In this document: one piece after another, positions 27,887 to 37,435 of the stretch | How the letters are laid out: every line of letters starts with the position of its first letter | Position numbering within the stretch: position 1 is the first letter of the stretch | From: Chthonomonadales bacterium | GTDB lineage: Bacteria > Armatimonadota > Chthonomonadetes > Chthonomonadales > CAJBBX01 | Assembly: GCA_037443035.1 (NCBI GenBank) | Contig: JBBIPC010000018.1 | Location: forward strand, 1 to 64,000 | DNA: 64,000 bases | Direction of reading: 5' to 3' | Made by a program: the position numbers and the translations under genes | Notes under the pieces: generated by a model | Seen by the model: the letters and a program-made list of their open reading frames with translations, nothing else | Database searches by the model: none | What the model was told of the DNA's origin: nothing

Positions 27887-28768
27887 GTGTTTGTCCGAAG
27901 AGCGTTCACGTTGGTGGAGCTGCTCGTTGTCATCGCCATCATTGCGATCCTCGCCGCCCTCCTCTTCCCCGTCTTCACCCAGAGCCGCGAGAGGGCGCGT
28001 ACGACGTCCTGCATCTCCAACATGAAGCAGATCGGCCTGGCTCTCCCGATGTACGCACAGGACTACGACGAAATGTACCCCCGACAGGATTCCTGCATTG
28101 CGCCGCAATCCAGTCCGCTCAACCCCGTGCCTTCTGCCTCTTCAGGATGCTTAGGCCCATACTTCGGCCAGCGACTGAACCACTACAAGTGGGAGGCGTG
28201 GATCCTGCCATACACCCGCAATGTCCCGATATTCTTCTGCCCCAGCAGACACATTGACAACGAGTCCTGGGCGCGCAATGGGGAGATCTACAACGCCTAC
28301 GCTCTGAATCTCTCTATCACCGGATCCACCAACACCTACAACCGCCCCCCAACAGCATACGGCTCGTACCGCAACGCTTTCACGGGTGGCGGCGTTGCAG
28401 GGGTGCAATCCCCGGCGGAGACCTTGCTGGTCATGGAGCATTTCTTCCCGGGCGTCTGGTCCTACGTCACCCCCAACGCTGCCATCCAGACCGCCTATCC
28501 GCTGGCAACCCGGGAAGTCTGGGAGCGAGCACTCAGACCTCTAGGACAGATCGACCGAAGGGCGGTCCCGCACCAAGATGGCTTCAACATCGCCTACTGC
28601 GACGGCCACGTGAAGTTCCTCAGCGTTGGCCAGTTCCTGAGCCAGTGTCCACCTCAGGCCGAGTATCCCGTAAGCAGCGTGCCGAACCCGTTTCCTTCGA
28701 GTATGACCTGGACCGTCATGTCAAGACCCATCTGGTACCGTCCGTGGCCGCTGTGGGGGCTACAATGA
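27887..28768 (+). CDS. Prepilin-type N-terminal cleavage/methylation protein with H-X9-DG domain
   Basis: [56 protein letters not shown] and an exact [15 protein letters not shown] motif. GTG after GGAGAAGG chosen; alternative ATG at 27872. Confidence 0.93.
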   Translation: MFVRRAFTLVELLVVIAIIAILAALLFPVFTQSRERARTTSCISNMKQIGLALPMYAQDYDEMYPRQDSCIAPQSSPLNPVPSASSGCLGPYFGQRLNHYKWEAWILPYTRNVPIFFCPSRHIDNESWARNGEIYNAYALNLSITGSTNTYNRPPTAYGSYRNAFTGGGVAGVQSPAETLLVMEHFFPGVWSYVTPNAAIQTAYPLATREVWERALRPLGQIDRRAVPHQDGFNIAYCDGHVKFLSVGQFLSQCPPQAEYPVSSVPNPFPSSMTWTVMSRPIWYRPWPLWGLQ

Positions 28769-28947
28769 TGCGGCGCTGGGCCGCCATTGTCGCGTGCTGC
28801 CTCATGACACTATCCTTGGTTGGATGTGACGACCGTATCTCCGCCGAGGACGTGAAAGCGAAGTACCGTCAGGGCGCGAAAGACCCGGCCGCGCAACCCG
28901 AACGTCCCGACACCCTGTCCGATAAGACACAGGACAAGTCTCGCTAG
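28765..28947 (+). CDS. Small lipoprotein
   Basis: [21 protein letters not shown] lipobox. ATGA overlap with the prepilin-like gene. Confidence 0.7.
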   Translation: MMRRWAAIVACCLMTLSLVGCDDRISAEDVKAKYRQGAKDPAAQPERPDTLSDKTQDKSR

Positions 28948-28989
28948 GGCGACGGGGCTGATGCTGCTCCATGCGGAGAAGCGGCAGGT

Positions 28990-29895
28990 CTACAGCGTGA
29001 CGTAGGCTCCTTCCCGAACGCATACGCCTTCCGCCCGGCCCACGGCGTAGATCCATGGGCGCTTGCCAGGCTCGAACCCCTCTCGCGTGGCAGCGGCACC
29101 CCAGTTTCCCGTCCGATCCAGTGCCACGCATGCCGCGCCGTGACCCTGATGACCGGGACGCTTGCGCAAGAGGTAGCGTATCGCGTTTTCACATGCCTGC
29201 TGGGGACCCGCCCCACGCTCCATCTCGAGAACCACTCGATACGATAGGCACACCTTCATCATCTCGTCGCCGTTGCCGGTGGCAGCCGCAGCACCGATCT
29301 CGTTGTCCACGTACAGGCCAGAACCCACGATAGGCGAATCGCCCACACGTCCGGGGATCTTCCATGCAAGACCCGAAGTGGTACAGGCAGCGGCGAGGTT
29401 GCCCGCCACGTCCAACGCACAGATGCCGATCGTATCATGCACGCGATCGTGCGATTCGAAGTGAGCCACATCCGGTGGGCGGTTCTCCAGGACCCACCGG
29501 CGATAGCGCTCTCTGGAATCATCGGTTAGCAGGTCCGCATCCTCCCATCCGTTCGCCAGTGCGAAGCGGCGCGCATTGCCACCTGCAAGCATGCAGTGCG
29601 GCGTGCGCTCCATCACCATGCGCGCTACCGACGCCGGACGCCGAATACCCGACAGGGCGCCAACAGCTCCGGCTCCGTGGCTGGCGCCGTCCATGATGGC
29701 TGCATCCAGCTCTACCACACCAGCCCGATTCGGCAGCCCACCGTAGCCTACCGATAGAACCGACGGGTCCTCCTCTGTTACGTTGGCTGCCACCTCCACT
29801 GCATCCAGTGCCGGACCGTCAGCAAGAAGCACCTCGAGGGCGGCGCTGCACGCTGCTTTGCCGAACGGCCAGGTAGCGATGACGACCGGTTCCAT
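28990..29895 (-). CDS. N(4)-(beta-N-acetylglucosaminyl)-L-asparaginase (glycosylasparaginase, Ntn hydrolase)
   Basis: VIATW, ALDAVE, SVGYGGLP, ELDA.IMDG, HD|TIG autocleavage site, TTSG...KIPGRVGDSP and ATG.G. RBS GGAGAG. Confidence 0.88.
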   Translation of the reverse strand: MEPVVIATWPFGKAACSAALEVLLADGPALDAVEVAANVTEEDPSVLSVGYGGLPNRAGVVELDAAIMDGASHGAGAVGALSGIRRPASVARMVMERTPHCMLAGGNARRFALANGWEDADLLTDDSRERYRRWVLENRPPDVAHFESHDRVHDTIGICALDVAGNLAAACTTSGLAWKIPGRVGDSPIVGSGLYVDNEIGAAAATGNGDEMMKVCLSYRVVLEMERGAGPQQACENAIRYLLRKRPGHQGHGAACVALDRTGNWGAAATREGFEPGKRPWIYAVGRAEGVCVREGAYVTL

Positions 29896-29959
29896 GAGCA
29901 ATCTCTCCAGAAGGAATGCTATTCTTCCCAATAGAATGCAAGGCTAAGTAATGCATGCA

Positions 29960-29988
29960 TTGACATGCCTGCCAGACAGTGTTATACT
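29960..29988 (+). promoter_or_regulatory. Strong sigma70 promoter of the cold-shock gene
   Basis: TTGACA (29960-29965), 17-nt spacer ending in TGn, TATACT (29983-29988). Confidence 0.85.
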
Positions 29989-30043
29989 TGCGCAACTTCG
30001 TAGAAATAAAGCCGCGGCAAGCGGCGGGGAGGCCCATCCGAGC

Positions 30044-30256
30044 ATGCCTAAAGGTCGAGTGAAGTGGTTCAATGATGCCAAGGGGTATGGCTTCATTGAG
30101 ACCGCTGAAGGCAAGGACATCTTCGTACACTTCTCTGCAATACAGATGGAGGGGTTCAAGACCCTTACGGAAGGCCAGGCAGTGACCTTCGATATCGTGG
30201 ACGGCGCCAAAGGCCCCCAGGCGGCTAACGTCCGCATCGAAGCTCCGGAAAGCTAA
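30044..30256 (+). CDS. Cold-shock protein (CspA family)
   Basis: [34 protein letters not shown] and [16 protein letters not shown]. Confidence 0.97.
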   Translation: MPKGRVKWFNDAKGYGFIETAEGKDIFVHFSAIQMEGFKTLTEGQAVTFDIVDGAKGPQAANVRIEAPES

Positions 30257-30357
30257 CGTTCGCCAGTTAGAGTACCTCGCAACACTGTCCTCAGGCATTA
30301 CCGAACCGCGCCGGCGCCGCAGCAGAGGAAACGTTGTCGTGCGCCGGCCGTTTTCAT

Positions 30358-31512
30358 CTACGGCCTATGTGCTCGGTCGGCCAGGGCCCATGCGCCCACG
30401 AACGCCGGGAACACCATGTTGCCACCAAACATGAGCACCGGCGCTAACGCGTTTTGCACTACGGCCGCGAACATGGTTACGAGTATGGCGCAGATCAGGA
30501 ACGCCAGCAGAATGGACCGTGAAAGAGCCTCCTGTGTGGCAGCCACCGCGGCATACAGCAGCCCAGCTAACCAGAAACAAGCCACGGATAGGAGGACCAG
30601 TATCACCCCCATGGGCACCACCGATCTATTGCGCCGTGAACTCGATGTCACGAGGAGCTCGCTCCTTGCGGGACGGAGAATCCCTGCATAGGAACAGACC
30701 CCACCTGCGATGGCGCCTGCCATCGGCAGGCCGAGAAACACCGCCGGAGTCCAATCCCATGGTATCCACTCGCCTGACGTTGGGGGTACCGAGATCGTTG
30801 ACACGGTTGCCACTACGACCGTGATCATCCCGAGGCCAAAGATCAGCGCCAACGCCTGTTTCATTGGGGACGAACCCTGACCCGTCGCCATACCGTCATG
30901 CTGCCGGGCGAGGTCCTCAGCCGCCGCGCGCTCGAACTTTGCGCGCAGGCGGGAGTTGCGAGGGTCCAACTGGACCGCAATGGTGTAGTGTGCCAATGCG
31001 GCTTCTACATTGCCCCGTATGCTGCATATGTCCCCAAGAATCTCGTGTGCGGTGGCGTTGCGCCGATCGAGACGCAGCACAGTCCTACAGATTTCCGCGG
31101 CCTCGTTCAACTGCATTCGCTGCATGGCTATCTCCGCCTCGTGCAGCATGCGGTGGACACGTTGCGGCGAGGAGGGATCCACGGGACGCCGAGGCGGACC
31201 GGACGATTGGCCGCGAGGTTTGCTGCCCCCAGTTCCGTGGCTAGCTTCGGTACGAGGTCTACCCGTCTGCGGTGTTCGTCCTGGACCTGCTTTGCGCTGG
31301 GCCTCGAGCTGAAGCTCGGCATCGTACTGGGCGCGCGATTGGGCATTTCCGAGTACGCGGTACGCCTCGTTGATCGCCTTGAAGCGCTCTGTGGCGTCTG
31401 GAGATGTGGCTACATCTGGGTGCCATTTCCGGGCGAGATCCCGGAACCGGCGCTTGATCTCCTCCGTCGTCGCCGTACGCGCAACTCCCAGCACTTCGTA
31501 ATGAGTAGGCAT
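30358..31512 (-). CDS. J-domain (DnaJ-like) protein with TPR repeats and C-terminal transmembrane domain
   Basis: THYEVLGV...EIK...LARKWHPD...[10 protein letters not shown]...R..YD, TPR-like AHEILGDI...[13 protein letters not shown], and about six hydrophobic segments at the C-terminus. Confidence 0.85.
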   Translation of the reverse strand: MPTHYEVLGVARTATTEEIKRRFRDLARKWHPDVATSPDATERFKAINEAYRVLGNAQSRAQYDAELQLEAQRKAGPGRTPQTGRPRTEASHGTGGSKPRGQSSGPPRRPVDPSSPQRVHRMLHEAEIAMQRMQLNEAAEICRTVLRLDRRNATAHEILGDICSIRGNVEAALAHYTIAVQLDPRNSRLRAKFERAAAEDLARQHDGMATGQGSSPMKQALALIFGLGMITVVVATVSTISVPPTSGEWIPWDWTPAVFLGLPMAGAIAGGVCSYAGILRPARSELLVTSSSRRNRSVVPMGVILVLLSVACFWLAGLLYAAVAATQEALSRSILLAFLICAILVTMFAAVVQNALAPVLMFGGNMVFPAFVGAWALADRAHRP

Positions 31513-31532
31513 GGCGCGAACTTGGCCTCTCT

Positions 31533-32777
31533 CTAACCACCGTACCCAGAAGCGTAGCCCATATAGAAGCTCACGACCGCGAAGCCCACAAGCAGAGCCA
31601 CCAGCAGGTAGACACCCACAGAGAAAACGTGCGCATACTGATGCGCCCGCGTTTCGGCATCGCTTTCGAGATAGTCTGCCGCCTTCGTCACCATTGTGTC
31701 AAGGTTCCCGGTCTGCTCGCCTGTGCGTAGCATGTCCAAGAACATCGGGTGAAACGCGCCGGTCCTGCCCAAAGCAACGGATAGCGTCTCCCCTCGGTCC
31801 ACAGCATCCATCGCCCTGCGGACACCAGTAGACAACACTGCACTTCCGCTTGCATCCGCGGCAGAACGCAGGGCGCTGGCTAGCGGTACGCCCGCATGGT
31901 ACATGGCGCCGAACGCCCGTCCGAATCGGGTCAGGGCAAAGGCCCGCGCCACGCCACCGATGCCGGGCACCATGAGTTTCAGCCGCTCCCAGGTTTCTCT
32001 CGCATCGGCTGAGCGATAGAGCAGGACCCGCGCTGCACTCACAATAAGCGCGTACACGAAACCCAACCCGATCAGCAGAAGCGCAGTATCGGTGAAGTAG
32101 TTCCATCCCGTGTAGTTCGTACGACCCAGCGAGCCAACGATGAGCTTCGAGAATGCGGGCATTCCGTCGCTGAAGAACGACCGCCCAAGAATGAACAACG
32201 CTGCTAGAAGCACCAGTTTCGGGTAGAGCGTCAACCGGCTTATCATGCGCCTGAGGTTCAGCTCCCTCTCGAGGTAATCCGCAAGCCGAGTGAGCGTGTC
32301 CTCCAGTGTGCCCGAGTGCTCCGCAGCGCGAATCATGTCGCGCTGTAACCCAGAAAAGACGTAACGATGCCGCTCCATGACATCGGACAGGGTGCCGCCG
32401 TTCATGACATGCACCTGGCCTTGTGAGAGTATCGCCCGGAGTCGTGCATTGTGTGTCTGCTTCTCGAGCGCCACCAGCGCTTGATACAGCGGCATGCCAG
32501 CAGCGATGAGCGTTGCTAACTGCCGATAGAACAGTGCGAGGTCCTTCAAGGACACTCCAGGCATCGCCGGCAGAAGCGTCTCGCGCAGCACCCTTCCCGC
32601 TGCACTGTCATCTCCACTATGTCCCGACGGCAGCGCCTCGGATGCCGGCCGTATTCTCTCGACGTTCAGGCCCTGAGCCCGTAGTCGAACTACGGCGACA
32701 GCGGAGTTCTCAGCCGCTATACGCCCTTCGATGAGCTCCCCCGAAGGGCTTCGAGCTGCATAGACGAACTCCCTCAT
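31533..32777 (-). CDS. pilC: Type II secretion F / type IV pilus platform protein (PilC/GspF family)
   Basis: F.Y.A....G....G.I.A, F.RQLATL..AG.PL..AL, G..LS, MIRAAE.SG.L...L.RLADYLE, YP, GE..G.LD. Gene symbol given at family level. Confidence 0.88.
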   Translation of the reverse strand: MREFVYAARSPSGELIEGRIAAENSAVAVVRLRAQGLNVERIRPASEALPSGHSGDDSAAGRVLRETLLPAMPGVSLKDLALFYRQLATLIAAGMPLYQALVALEKQTHNARLRAILSQGQVHVMNGGTLSDVMERHRYVFSGLQRDMIRAAEHSGTLEDTLTRLADYLERELNLRRMISRLTLYPKLVLLAALFILGRSFFSDGMPAFSKLIVGSLGRTNYTGWNYFTDTALLLIGLGFVYALIVSAARVLLYRSADARETWERLKLMVPGIGGVARAFALTRFGRAFGAMYHAGVPLASALRSAADASGSAVLSTGVRRAMDAVDRGETLSVALGRTGAFHPMFLDMLRTGEQTGNLDTMVTKAADYLESDAETRAHQYAHVFSVGVYLLVALLVGFAVVSFYMGYASGYGG

Positions 32778-32795
32778 CTCCGCACTCCACGGCAC

Positions 32796-33104
32796 CTACC
32801 GAGTGCCGCCGTGCCTCTTGAGGACTTGCACCATCTCGTCGTCGCCTCGCTCCTCGGCGCGAGCCAGCGGCGTATTGCCGGATTCGTCCCTGACGTTGAC
32901 CAGTCCGGGCTTCGCGGAAAGCAATCGGTCCACGATGGCCGCATCGCCGTCATCCAGAGCGTTCCGGAACTCCTGGACTTCCTGCTGACTCGGTGGAGGA
33001 GGAGGCGACTTGGCGCATCCGATGCCCAGGATGCCAAGGACGACGACCATTACGAAGAGACCGAACCCGCGCTGGAGCCTCCGTATGGCTCTTGTTGACC
33101 TCAC
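32796..33104 (-). CDS. Small ankyrin-repeat lipoprotein
   Basis: Hydrophobic signal ending LGIG|C. Ankyrin motif VNVRDESGNTPLARA...G..EMVQVL..HGG. Start uncertain (GTG after AAGGAAGGA). Confidence 0.7.
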   Translation of the reverse strand: MRSTRAIRRLQRGFGLFVMVVVLGILGIGCAKSPPPPPSQQEVQEFRNALDDGDAAIVDRLLSAKPGLVNVRDESGNTPLARAEERGDDEMVQVLKRHGGTR

Positions 33105-33196
33105 GTGCCCATTCCTTCCTTTCCGGGCTCGTCTACGCACTTGCGCCCGTTGCTTAGAACGCGTGCCTGTTCCCGCTCAGCGACACTCGAGCGTAC

Positions 33197-34696
33197 TCAC
33201 TGCTGCCGCGCCGTCTCCGCTATCCGCAGATTCGTCTTATCTGACGCCCTTGCGACAGTAGTTCCCGTGCGGACGCTGCCTATATCGCCGAGAGCTCGAG
33301 GTACGCCTGATTCTTCTCGGATAACGCCCTGAAGACCTGTGAGCCCGCCTTCAACCACCACCACCGACACGAAGTCACCAGCGGACGGGGTACGATCCCG
33401 ACCCGCTGGATCATCCGGCATGATGTGCACGGTCTTGAAGGTCCGCGTTAGGCCGCTCGCGCGCGAAGGCTTCCGAGGACTTGGTCCTTCGACGAGGACC
33501 TCCTGCACGGAGCCAACAAGACTTGCGTTGATCTCCGTCGTAATCGCGTTCTGGAGTTCGATCAGCTCGCTCAGCCGCCGGATCTTGACGTCGTGAGGTA
33601 CCTGGTCCGGCATGGACGCGGCGCGCGTACCCGGACGCGGCGAGTAGGCGAACATGAAGGCCGAGTCGAACCTGACTTCCCGCACAAAGTCGAGGGTTGC
33701 CTGGAACTGGTCCTCGGTCTCACCCGGGAAGCCCAGCATGATGTCTGTTGTGATGGCGATGCCTGGCACACGATCACGCAGCTTATCCAACACCGTCCGG
33801 TACTGCTCCACGGTGTACCCACGTTTCATCCGGCGCAGTAGCTCGTCATCGGCGGCCTGTAGCGGCAGGTGTACGTGCTCGCACACTTGCGGCACGGTCG
33901 CGATAACCTCGATCAAGTCATCATCGAACCCGCAGGGGTGCGGCGAAGTGAACCGAATCCGCTCGATGCCTATAATCTCGCCCAGGCACCGCAGTAGGTC
34001 AGCCAACGTCACCGGCGGGCCTGGCAGATGTCTCCCGTACGAGTTCACGGTCTGGCCAAGGAGAGTTACCTCCCGCGTACCGGCTCTCGCCAGGGCGCGT
34101 ACTTCGGCGATGATGTCATCCATGGTCCGACTGCGCTCGCGCCCCCGCGTCAATGGAACAACGCAGAAGGTGCAGTACCGATCGCACCCGTACATGATGG
34201 GCACATAGGCTCGGAGCGCAGCCGGGCGTGCTAGGGTGCGCAGGGGAACATCCGTGACCACAGCACCCTTTCTGGCAGGGAGGTCGAGACGCATGAGAGG
34301 GAGCTGGTCGGATCCTCCTCGAAGGCGGCGTTCGCGCACCATCTCGATGAGACCTGGCACCTCGGCATTGTGACCCGTTCCGCTGATGAAATCTACATGG
34401 GGAGCCCGACGGGCGATCTGCTGTGCTTGAACCTGCGCCATACAGCCGCAGACCCCGATAATGATATCAGGGCGACTTTCCTTGAGTATGCGGAGCTCAC
34501 CTAGCTTGCTGTGGACCTTGTCCTCGGGCTTCTGGCGCACTGAGCACGTGTTGAGGAGGATGATATCGGCATCGTCTGCAGACGCGGCCGGCAGGTAGCC
34601 GTGCTGTTCGAGGAACAGCCCCATCTGGCTGGAGTCTTCCTCGTTCATCTGGCATCCCCAGGTCATGATGAAGTATGTGGGCGCTTTCGTGTCCAT
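33197..34696 (-). CDS. miaB: tRNA-2-methylthio-N6-dimethylallyladenosine synthase MiaB
   Basis: TWGCQMNEEDS, NTCSVR, GCMAQ, radical-SAM CDRYCTFC, RGRERSR, LLGQTVNSYG, RIRFTSPHP, GFPGET, YSPRPGT and a TRAM domain. Confidence 0.96.
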   Translation of the reverse strand: MDTKAPTYFIMTWGCQMNEEDSSQMGLFLEQHGYLPAASADDADIILLNTCSVRQKPEDKVHSKLGELRILKESRPDIIIGVCGCMAQVQAQQIARRAPHVDFISGTGHNAEVPGLIEMVRERRLRGGSDQLPLMRLDLPARKGAVVTDVPLRTLARPAALRAYVPIMYGCDRYCTFCVVPLTRGRERSRTMDDIIAEVRALARAGTREVTLLGQTVNSYGRHLPGPPVTLADLLRCLGEIIGIERIRFTSPHPCGFDDDLIEVIATVPQVCEHVHLPLQAADDELLRRMKRGYTVEQYRTVLDKLRDRVPGIAITTDIMLGFPGETEDQFQATLDFVREVRFDSAFMFAYSPRPGTRAASMPDQVPHDVKIRRLSELIELQNAITTEINASLVGSVQEVLVEGPSPRKPSRASGLTRTFKTVHIMPDDPAGRDRTPSAGDFVSVVVVEGGLTGLQGVIREESGVPRALGDIGSVRTGTTVARASDKTNLRIAETARQQ

Positions 34697-34705
34697 GGAC
34701 CCGTG

Positions 34706-34764
34706 ATTATAGCCTACGTCCGTACCTCTGCTCGAAGCGGCACGGGCGGCTGGAGCGGTATAAT
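34706..34764. promoter_or_regulatory. Back-to-back -10 boxes for divergent miaB and glcD transcription
   Basis: TATAAT on the minus strand at 34711-34706, 9 nt before the miaB ATG, and TATAAT on the plus strand at 34759-34764. Confidence 0.6.
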
Positions 34765-34802
34765 GTAGCAATGCACAGTCGTCCCGCAGGATCATTTCGT
34801 CT

Positions 34803-36194
34803 GTGACCACGACGGCGAACGTTCAGCAGCTCGTCCATGAGCTGAAAGCCCTGCTCGGTCCGTCTGGGGTGCTCACTTCGCCGGGCGATCTCCTCGCTTA
34901 CGATGGCGATGCCTATCCGGTTGCGCGCCAACTGCCCGCCGCGGTTGTGCTGCCCGAGACAACGGAACAGGTGGCCGGTATCGTCCGTCTGTGCCTGCAT
35001 CATGCGATCCCCTACGTCCCGAGGGGCGCAGGTACGGGTCTTTCCGGCGGTGCGACGCCACTCCCCAACAGCGTTGTTGTGTCTCTTGCGCGGATGACCC
35101 GGATACTTGCCGTGGACGCACCCAACCGCCGCGCCGTTGTCCAATGTGGGTGTACGAATCAGGCCGTCTCGGACGCTGCGAGACCCTTCGGTCTTCACTA
35201 CGCACCGGACCCCTCCAGTCAGGCTGTGTGTACCATTGGCGGCAACATTGCCGAGAACGCCGGTGGACCTCACACTTTGAAGTACGGTGTGACAGTCAAC
35301 CATATCACCGGCGCAAAACTGGTGCTCCCGACTGGCGAAATCGTGGAGCTCGGTGGCGTCCATGAGCCGGACGGTCCCCTGGACTTGCTCGGCCTGGTTA
35401 CGGGGTCCGAAGGTACTCTTGGCATCGTCACCGAAGCCACCTTGCGCCTGACACCTCTGCCGGAGGCAGTGCGAACACTGCTAGCAGTGTTCGACACTCC
35501 CGAGCAGTGCACCGCTTGTGTGGTTGACATCATCTCCCATGGCGTACTGCCGTGCGCGCTGGAAATGATTGACCAAACGATCCTGGTCGCCATCGAAGAC
35601 GCCTTCGCGTTGGGTTTCCCACGGGATGCCGGAGCCGTCCTTACCGTGGAGGTCGACGGCACCGCGGAAGAAGTAGAAGAGGATGCCAACGTCGTCTGCG
35701 AGGTTCTGGTCACGCATCGAGCACGTGAGGTAAGAACCGCGGCCACGGCCGAGGAGCGTGCACGGCTGTGGCTTGCCCGCAAGAAAGGCGTGGGTACGAC
35801 CGGACGACTGGCCTCCAGCATCGTCACTCAGGACGGAGCCATACCACGCAGCAAGCTCCCGCAGGTACTGGCGGCCGTTGCAGAGAGAGCAAGGCACCAC
35901 GGTATTCGCGTCTGCAACATATTCCATGCCGGTGACGGGAACCTCCACCCCTGCGTGCTCTACGACCAAGCGGACCCGGATGAAGCCGCGCGCGTCCATG
36001 CGTTCAACCAGGATGTCCTTGCCCTGTGCGTGGAAGCGGGAGGTACCATCACCGGCGAGCATGGGGTGGGTATCGAGAAGCGCGATGCCATGCATCTCAT
36101 GTTCAGCAAGGCCGACTTAGCTGTCATGCACCGCATCCGCGACGCCTTCGACCCTGCGGGACTGTGCAATCCTGGCAAACTGCTACCGCAATGA
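34803..36194 (+). CDS. glcD: Glycolate oxidase FAD-binding subunit
   Basis: PRGAGTGLSGGA, PDPSS...CTIGGNIAENAGGP..LKYGVT, GSEGTLG, FHAGDGNLHP, GEHGVG.EK and NPGK. Confidence 0.9.
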   Translation: MTTTANVQQLVHELKALLGPSGVLTSPGDLLAYDGDAYPVARQLPAAVVLPETTEQVAGIVRLCLHHAIPYVPRGAGTGLSGGATPLPNSVVVSLARMTRILAVDAPNRRAVVQCGCTNQAVSDAARPFGLHYAPDPSSQAVCTIGGNIAENAGGPHTLKYGVTVNHITGAKLVLPTGEIVELGGVHEPDGPLDLLGLVTGSEGTLGIVTEATLRLTPLPEAVRTLLAVFDTPEQCTACVVDIISHGVLPCALEMIDQTILVAIEDAFALGFPRDAGAVLTVEVDGTAEEVEEDANVVCEVLVTHRAREVRTAATAEERARLWLARKKGVGTTGRLASSIVTQDGAIPRSKLPQVLAAVAERARHHGIRVCNIFHAGDGNLHPCVLYDQADPDEAARVHAFNQDVLALCVEAGGTITGEHGVGIEKRDAMHLMFSKADLAVMHRIRDAFDPAGLCNPGKLLPQ

Positions 36195-37435
36195 CCGCCC
36201 AAGCCACAGAGCCTCTGACCGAGCCTTCGAGCACCGCTGCGTCTTGCCTGGGCGGCGTACAACCTAAGGCTACGTATGCTCCAGCTACGGAACAGGAATG
36301 CGCCGAGATCATCCTTGAGGCGCAGTCCGCTGGTTACGGCGTGGTCCCCGTGGGCGCAAGCACGTGCATGGACATGAACCTGAGCCCTCGGGGCAGTGCC
36401 TATGCCTGGCTACATACAGGGCGTCTCGGCCATGACGTGCAGATAGCAGCAAGCGACTCTCTGGTGACTTGTTCAGCGGCAGCTCCGTTCGCCACCGTGC
36501 AAGGACTGCTCCGGCAAGCGAACCAGCGCATAGCCGCCGATCCTCCATACGCTGCCGAAGCGACTGTTGGTGGCGTGGTAGCTGCAAACGCCTACGGCCT
36601 CCTTCGTTGTTCCTCGGGTCCAGTCGGGGATCTCGTCGTAGCCATGCGCATGGTCACTGGTGCCGGAGAGGTCATCAAGGCCGGGGCGCGCGTCGTGAAG
36701 AACGCAGCAGGCTACGACCTGTGTCGCCTGGTCGCTGGTTCGCGAGGCGCTCTGGGAGTGATCACAGAAGTCACGTTCCGTACGAACCCAGTGCGCCAGA
36801 AAACCCTGGAGCACGCCGCGGATGTGCCCGACCTGACACAGGGTCTGAGCGCCGCTTGGGCGCTACACGAGGAACTGCCGCGTCTGGACTATGTGGCGGT
36901 TCTCGGCGGGCAGGATCAGCCGAACTCGTGCACGATCCTGTATGGAGCGTCAGGAAGCGCCCAGTATCTAGGCAGTGTGGAGATACAGGCAAGCGCCGTA
37001 CTCGGAAGGCACGGAATCATGGCGTCCGCTAGCGACCCAGAGGCTGCTTCCGCAGCCGAGGATGCGAGGAGGTGCCTCCACGGCTGCGGCATGGGTTCGG
37101 CCATCCGTCTCTCGGTGCCGAGAGCAAGCGGTCTGGCAGCCGCGACGTACGTGGCGGCGCGATCGGAACGATGGGTCTGGCTGGTACCGTGCGGCATCCT
37201 AGCTGCTGGTGCTCTTTCCCGTTCGGACACGGCTGCATCACGCCTGGTGGAGATGTGCGGTCTCGTGCTCGAGCGTTCGCACCAATGCGTCTGGCTGCGC
37301 AAGCCGCTGGATCCTGGCCTGGCCCGTCGGCTTCCAGCCCTGTCGCCTTCGGTGAGACGCCTCATACAAGGGCTCAAGTCCGTTTTCGATCCTGTAGGGG
37401 TGCTGTCTCCCGGTTTGCTGGACGGTGCACAGTGA
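36191..37435 (+). CDS. glcE: Glycolate oxidase FAD-binding subunit GlcE-like
   Basis: DPP....ATVGG.VA.N, G.RVVKN.AGYDL.RL..GS.G.LGVITEV and LK..FDP.G.L.PG. Lies between glcD and glcF with 4-bp overlaps. Confidence 0.85.
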   Translation: MTAQATEPLTEPSSTAASCLGGVQPKATYAPATEQECAEIILEAQSAGYGVVPVGASTCMDMNLSPRGSAYAWLHTGRLGHDVQIAASDSLVTCSAAAPFATVQGLLRQANQRIAADPPYAAEATVGGVVAANAYGLLRCSSGPVGDLVVAMRMVTGAGEVIKAGARVVKNAAGYDLCRLVAGSRGALGVITEVTFRTNPVRQKTLEHAADVPDLTQGLSAAWALHEELPRLDYVAVLGGQDQPNSCTILYGASGSAQYLGSVEIQASAVLGRHGIMASASDPEAASAAEDARRCLHGCGMGSAIRLSVPRASGLAAATYVAARSERWVWLVPCGILAAGALSRSDTAASRLVEMCGLVLERSHQCVWLRKPLDPGLARRLPALSPSVRRLIQGLKSVFDPVGVLSPGLLDGAQ

